A DNA stretch of 64,000 nucleotides from an uncultured Verrucomicrobiae bacterium (GTDB taxonomy: Bacteria; Verrucomicrobiota; Verrucomicrobiia; Chthoniobacterales; JAFAMB01): positions 955,927 through 1,019,926 of the forward strand of contig CAWEXO010000011.1 in NCBI GenBank assembly GCA_963813025.1, in the 5' to 3' direction. Below the pieces are notes generated by a model, which did no database searches, had not been told where the DNA came from, and saw nothing but the letters and a program-made list of their open reading frames with translations. Shown here in pieces: positions 59,088-64,000 of this stretch. Position numbers and translations under genes: made by a program. Every line of letters begins with the position of its first letter. Within the stretch, counting starts at the first letter, position 1.

Positions 59088-59864
59088 ATGCCAGAGGATC
59101 ACGAAGTCCTGTTCGATCTCGCGAACCACATCGCTACGGTCACCTTGAACCGGCCACACAAGCTGAACGCCATGACGCCGGAGATGGCCAACGAAGTGAA
59201 TCGTTACGTTCAGGAGTGCAACGAAAATTCCGACGTCCGTGTAGTGATTTTCACCGGATCCGGCGAGAAAGCTTTCTGCGCTGGATCGGATATCAAAGAA
59301 CTCGATCAATACGCGAACGCGTGGAGTTTCCGAAACCGGCCCGACTACTGCGACGCCATTCGGCGTCTGCGGAAGCCCACTATCTGTGCCGTTAATGGAT
59401 ATTGTTTGGGAGGCGGGCTGGAGGTGGCCATGTCCTGCGATCTGCGCATCGCGTCAGAGAAAGCCTTTTTTGGGGCGCCGGAAATCAAGTTAGGTTGGAT
59501 TGGCGGCGGTGGGATGAGTTATTTTCTGACGCACTCGATCGGACCATCCAACGCGGCCTTAATGCTGTACACCGGCGACCTGATTGACGCGCAACGGGCG
59601 TTGTCCTGGAGGCTAGTCACCGAAGTAATCGCTTCGGACAAACTCTTGATGCGAGCAAGAGAAATCGCCGATGTCATTGCCGAACGACCGCCGATAGCGG
59701 CGCAGACTGCCAAACAAAATCTACGTGCCGCCTACTCGATGAATCGCGAGGATGCCATTCAGTACGAGCGCGATCTGCAAACGATTTGCTTCTCTACCGA
59801 GGACGCCGCGGAGGGACGGCAAGCCTTCAAGGAGAAACGAAAGCCGCACTTTCGCGGCCGGTGA
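59088..59864 (+). CDS. Enoyl-CoA hydratase/isomerase
   Basis: LNRPHKLNA, AFCAGSDI, GGGLE, PEIKLG, EGRQAFKEKR. Confidence 0.94.
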   Translation: MPEDHEVLFDLANHIATVTLNRPHKLNAMTPEMANEVNRYVQECNENSDVRVVIFTGSGEKAFCAGSDIKELDQYANAWSFRNRPDYCDAIRRLRKPTICAVNGYCLGGGLEVAMSCDLRIASEKAFFGAPEIKLGWIGGGGMSYFLTHSIGPSNAALMLYTGDLIDAQRALSWRLVTEVIASDKLLMRAREIADVIAERPPIAAQTAKQNLRAAYSMNREDAIQYERDLQTICFSTEDAAEGRQAFKEKRKPHFRGR

Positions 59865-60049
59865 AATCCTACCAAATTTCGAGGTGAAGCTTTCGGTAGC
59901 GATTAATCAGCTCAAAATCGGAACGGTTCGAGGCCCGGGAACGACAGCTTCCCCGCGTTTTTTTTCAATGTCTTAAACCGTTTCAACGCCACCACTTCCC
60001 TGAGTGCTGTATGGCGCTTCGGTGCGTGATTTCGCTCCAAGAACTTTAG

Positions 60050-61632
60050 CCCGCTTTTTGCACCATGTAATGGTTTACGCAGAGGAAAGAGAGAGCCCGG
60101 GTTAATGGTAGAGTGTTTTTCCAAAAGCGGGCTAGATGATGCCGCGGAAGCGGCATCTGGGGACACCGCAGGTATGCCGCCGTTGTTTTTCGGGTGCCGG
60201 GGTCAGCACCTCTGTAGGAGCACTAGCCATAGAAGCAAACCAAGCAGGAGCAAAAGAGCTGCTGAAAGGGAAAGCTCGAACTCAACCACAAGCGAATGCG
60301 GCGAGTGTTTCGGGTGATGACCGCCCCAATTTTCAGCAGACGCAAGCGAATGGTTCCCACCTGAGCGCGGGCCAGTTCAGAACCGCTTAAGCCCAGACGA
60401 CGGAGCGCTTCTAAGAGCACATAGGCCGAGGAGGAGAGCAAGAGCCGGAACTGATTCGCCCACCAAGCATGGCAGCTGGTGCGATCACTAAAGAGCCCAA
60501 GCTGTTGTTCCTTGATGCGATTTTCTATCTCACCCCGGGCGCAGTAAATCCCATCATAGAGCGCCTGGGCAGACCCTTCCAGATTGGTCAAAACATAACG
60601 CGGATTAGCCCCTTTTGGGCTGTGTTCGGCCTTGGCAATTACCCGTCGCTTCCGGTCCCAAGTTTTGGCCTTGTATTTAAATTGCGTGAACAGTCGCACC
60701 TTTTCTCCGCTCCTTTGGTGTTTGCGTTCCGCCCGTTTCTGTAACTTAGCCGAGAGTGCCGCCAAGCGCTCATTCTTGGCCAGTCCGACCAGGTAGTTGA
60801 CTCCCGCTCCCTCGCACCAGCGCAGCATCTTCCACCGGCAAAAGCCGCTGTCGGCGCGCAGGGTAATTTTGACCGCCGGCCAGTGTTGGCGCAGCGCCTT
60901 TACCAATAAGGCCAGGATCGCCCAGGCATGTTTGGCCGAATCGATATTACTCTCGCGCAGATAACTCACCAGCAACCGCTCGCCGCAAAAGACGTACAGC
61001 GGTAAAAAGCAGAAGTCGTAGTAATAACCGTGAAAGTGTCGCCCTTCTTGCAGGCCATGCACCCGATCGTCGGTGCAATCAAAATCCAACACCAGTTCAG
61101 CCGGTGCTGATTCGAAGCTGCCCACGAATTGCTCGAACAACACTTCGTGCATCAACCAAGCTTCCCGGCGTCCAGCACGATTTTCTAAGCGGCACAACGT
61201 CAAACAACTCGCCAGTTCCTCGGTTCGCTCACTGGCCGTTTGCCAAAGCAAATCTTTGCGCAAAAAATCATGGTCGTTGAGATCTTCGTACCCAAGGGCC
61301 AAAGCGTAAATGCGCTGCCGCAGCATGCTCTCCAACGAATGCTCGATCTTGTCGGGATCGCGCGGGTCGGGTAACCGCTGCGCCAACCCTTTGGTTAATC
61401 CAATCCAGCGATCCACTTGGCGCAGCAAAACCACTCCGCCGTCGCTGCTGACATTTCCTCCTTCCAAATTTCCTTCGATTTTTCTCCCACTAAAGCCTGG
61501 CAATTCAAATCCGAACTCAGTACATTCTGTCATTAGCGAAGTCTCCTGTTGGTTTGTTTGTAACTGATTCATTCCTAACAGGTTCCATAAAAGACTTCGC
61601 TACTTTTTTGTCCTTATGGTGCAATTTCCGGA
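60050..61632 (-). mobile_element. IS1380-family insertion sequence (about 1583 bp)
   Basis: Ends CCGCTTTTTGCACCA (60051-60065) and TGGTGCAATTTCCGG (61617-61631); TTAG duplicated at 60046-60049 and 61633-61636. Confidence 0.85.
60223..61533 (-). CDS. IS1380-family DDE transposase
   Basis: SSDGG, GYEDLNDHD, LDFDCTDD, RADSGF, YCARGEIENRIKE. Confidence 0.93.
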   Translation of the reverse strand: MTECTEFGFELPGFSGRKIEGNLEGGNVSSDGGVVLLRQVDRWIGLTKGLAQRLPDPRDPDKIEHSLESMLRQRIYALALGYEDLNDHDFLRKDLLWQTASERTEELASCLTLCRLENRAGRREAWLMHEVLFEQFVGSFESAPAELVLDFDCTDDRVHGLQEGRHFHGYYYDFCFLPLYVFCGERLLVSYLRESNIDSAKHAWAILALLVKALRQHWPAVKITLRADSGFCRWKMLRWCEGAGVNYLVGLAKNERLAALSAKLQKRAERKHQRSGEKVRLFTQFKYKAKTWDRKRRVIAKAEHSPKGANPRYVLTNLEGSAQALYDGIYCARGEIENRIKEQQLGLFSDRTSCHAWWANQFRLLLSSSAYVLLEALRRLGLSGSELARAQVGTIRLRLLKIGAVITRNTRRIRLWLSSSFPFQQLFCSCLVCFYG

Positions 61633-61984
61633 TTAGGGCAGCCCGGGGTTTTATTTGTCAACAATGTTACATTCACGTGGCATATTCTGGCATTATCCGT
61701 GCTCATCTGGAAGGAGTACGGCAGTCGCGATCGCTGAGATGAGGGTTGCGTACAAGATGCAGGATGCCCTTGCTCCCCAATATTTCATGGACACCCAACA
61801 AATGCCAGAAATCACAAGCTCGTGAAAGTTTTGGCTATCTTTGTTGAAATATGACCAATCTGGGCGCCGGCTTTTAAACAGCGCGTCAAAACAAAGGCAG
61901 CTTGCCATAGACTCTTCGTTTAACGCCTGGCGGGCGCTGGTACGTAGAGCGGTCCCATTTTTTAATTACTAAAAAGATCTTATG

Positions 61985-62000
61985 TGGCACCGTTCGTGCT
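61985..62000 (+). promoter_or_regulatory. Candidate sigma54 (-24/-12) promoter
   Basis: TGGCAC-CGTTC-GTGCT with GG-N10-GC spacing; AT-rich tract just upstream. Confidence 0.45.
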
Positions 62001-62505
62001 TAGCAGTCCGCTGCTAACTAACTATTGAGGCGACAGATTACGCTATGCAGAAAAGAACAGCCGCCCGGGTATTCCGACACTCTAACGTGAGCGCCGCAGC
62101 TGCTGAGTTCCGTGCGGGTGAGTTATTTCTAACCGATCCTCCGGAGCGCATATTATCAATCCAGTCACACATCTCCGGGGGACGGAATAACAAGCTTATC
62201 CACAAGTCTTCAAACTTGAGACGATAAAGCCTGAAACATCCGCAAATCCGCTTCCAGTCAGGATCACAAGAGCTGTTGGGAATCAATCGAGGGACAGAGT
62301 GGATTATGTTTAACACAATACGCCCCGCACATTCCGAAGCGTTACACAGGACACAACGCCGCACCTCATATTGACATTCGCCATCTCCGTCTACAGTCGC
62401 CGCGGGTTATGGAGCCGGGGCGACTCGTAATTCGGGTCAGATTTGTGCGAAGACTGGGAGAAATGAAAATATATACACGCTACAAAGCCGAGTTTAAGGG
62501 GTAAC

Positions 62506-63923
62506 ATGGATCACATTGCTAGCTTCATTAATGCGCCATCGCTTTCGTTTGTCATACCGATAAAGGATGAGCAGGCAACTGTCGCACCGCTTCTCGAAAG
62601 AATTGCGGATCACGCTTCGAGCCTAACTGCTTGCTGGGAAGTTGTTTTCGTCGATGACGGAAGCGTCGATGAAAGTTGGCGGACGATCCGAAAGCTTGCA
62701 GCGGAAGACGTAGAGCACGTCAAAGCCATCCGTTTCCGCCGCAACGTAGGCAAGGCAGCCGCCTTGGCGGCGGGCTGGAAAGAAGTGCGCGGGGACTTCA
62801 TTTTCACGATGGATGGCAACCTTCAGGATGACCCCGAAGAGATCCCGCGATTTCTCGAAAAAATGAAGGAGGGCTTCGACGTGGTGACCGGCTGGAAACG
62901 GACGCGGCATGACCCTTGGCACAAGGTGCTCCCAAGTCGCGTCTTTAATTTCCTGATTAGCCACGTCAATAAGGTGCACCTCCACGATCATACTGCGGTT
63001 TTAAATGTTATCGACGAGAGGTCGTGCAATCGCTTCCAATGTACGGGGAGATGCACCGCATGGTGCCGTCGTTGGCAGCGATGCGCGGGTTTCTGACTGC
63101 GGAAATCCCTATCAAACACCATCCGCGGCGTTACGGCCGGAGCAAGTATGGCTTCAACCGGTTCTTGAGGGGATACCTTGACATGTGGACAGTGCATTTT
63201 CTTAGTAATTTCCGGCAGCGACCGATGCACCTGATGGGCGGGGTTTCACTTCTGATGCTGGGCAGCGGGTGCGTTCTCGCACTTTTTCTGGCGAGGGTTC
63301 CGCTGCCACTCAGCGTGGACTTGCTGTTGAGCTCGACGCTTCCGGCGCTTCTCCTCGGTTCGGTTTTGACGATGATGATCGGACTACTGGCCGAATGGAA
63401 TGTTCACCAATCCATTGAACACGGCCAAAAAGGGACCGTCGCGGAGACCATTGGATTGGGGAACTTGGCGAGCGCCCTATCACTTTCGATGGAACAAAGC
63501 ATGGCCGACAACGACTCATCGCAGAAGCTTCCGACAGCGTTGATCGTGGATCATGATTCGAATACCCGCGAACTTACCGCTGCGCACCTGCGGCAGGCGG
63601 GTTGGCGGGTTCTCACCGCAAGTTCCTATGCGGAAAGCCATTGGAAGCTGAACACGTCATTGGACGTCCTGATTTAGAATGTCGACCTCCAGGATGATAG
63701 CGACCTAGATCTCACCGGATTTGTCGGCCTCGTCCGCAAGGCCTCGCCGTCTTCGGAGATCATCTTTTTGCCGAGCGAAAAGCACGAGAAAGCTAACGTC
63801 GAGACGATGCGCCTTGGCGTGTTCGATTACGTCTGCAAGCCGGTCGAACCTACCCAACTTGTTAGCGTGGCACTGCGGGCGTTGAACCAAGGCCGACAGT
63901 CGGCGTTGGCGTCCAGCGCTTAA
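62506..63923 (+). pseudogene. ArnC-like GT2 glycosyltransferase fused to a C-terminal receiver-like domain; frameshift near 62990 and in-frame TAG at 63675-63677
   Basis: VDDGS, RRNVGKAAAL, LQDDP, GEMHR, HPRRYGRSKYG, two TM helices, then ALIVDHD..DVLI*NV..GVFDYVCKP ending at TAA 63921-63923. Confidence 0.75.
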
Positions 63924-63946
63924 ATGCATTCACGGCGCATATTAGT

Positions 63947-64000
63947 ATGGAAACAATTCTGAAAAGCGGTCAATGCCCTCTGCGCGTCGTCATTCTCGGT
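63947..64000 (+). CDS. Start of a possible FAD/NAD-binding oxidoreductase (3'-truncated by window)
   Basis: METILKSGQCPLRVVILG resembles a Rossmann first strand; only 18 codons are visible. Confidence 0.35.
   Translation, partial: METILKSGQCPLRVVILG

Noticed and set aside
61677..61693. Second sigma54-like site TGGCATATTCTGGC
   Set aside because: GG-to-GC spacing is 9 nt rather than the required 10.
63675..63677. Pyrrolysine or genome-wide TAG recoding
   Set aside because: TAG ends many normal genes here (nuoD, nuoE, nuoN, metG) and no pyl genes are present.
1..64000. tRNA, rRNA, prophage or anti-phage defence genes
   Set aside because: None recognised by eye. The many short overlapping ORFs in the track are alternative-frame shadows of the called genes.

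Overview
A 64-kb, GC-rich bacterial chromosomal window. The gene content suggests soil Verrucomicrobiota, but that is inference. From left to right it holds: the end of a histidine kinase; a nuoD-N complex I operon without nuoABC, preceded by a perfect Rex operator and carrying a lipoprotein gene between nuoD and nuoE; a DUF892 ferritin-like gene; SurA/PpiD, TPR, metG, type II NADH dehydrogenase, NUDIX and UbiA-family genes; a heavily frameshifted metH; a minus-strand sugar-utilisation island (two ABC systems, one with an ATPase-permease fusion, a UxaA-type dehydratase, a lactonase, a GH1) containing a REP-associated tyrosine transposase (RAYT) bracketed by its REPs; a sigma54 two-component pair; tolQ/tolR/tonB-like genes; leuA with an unannotated Leu-rich attenuator leader; a four-helix-bundle gene enclosed by inverted repeats; recJ; an AraC-linked catabolic cluster; a complete IS1380 with a TTAG target duplication; and a GT2-receiver fusion interrupted by an amber codon. 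The most striking unexplained structure is in the intergenic gaps. Many contain a hairpin whose arms are short 7-9-nt tandem arrays, with a different repeat unit at each locus and often an inward GTAG REP core. One such hairpin encloses the four-helix-bundle gene and a related pair flanks the ferritin-like gene. Clustered single-base indels in nuoF-I and metH look like sequencing or polishing errors.
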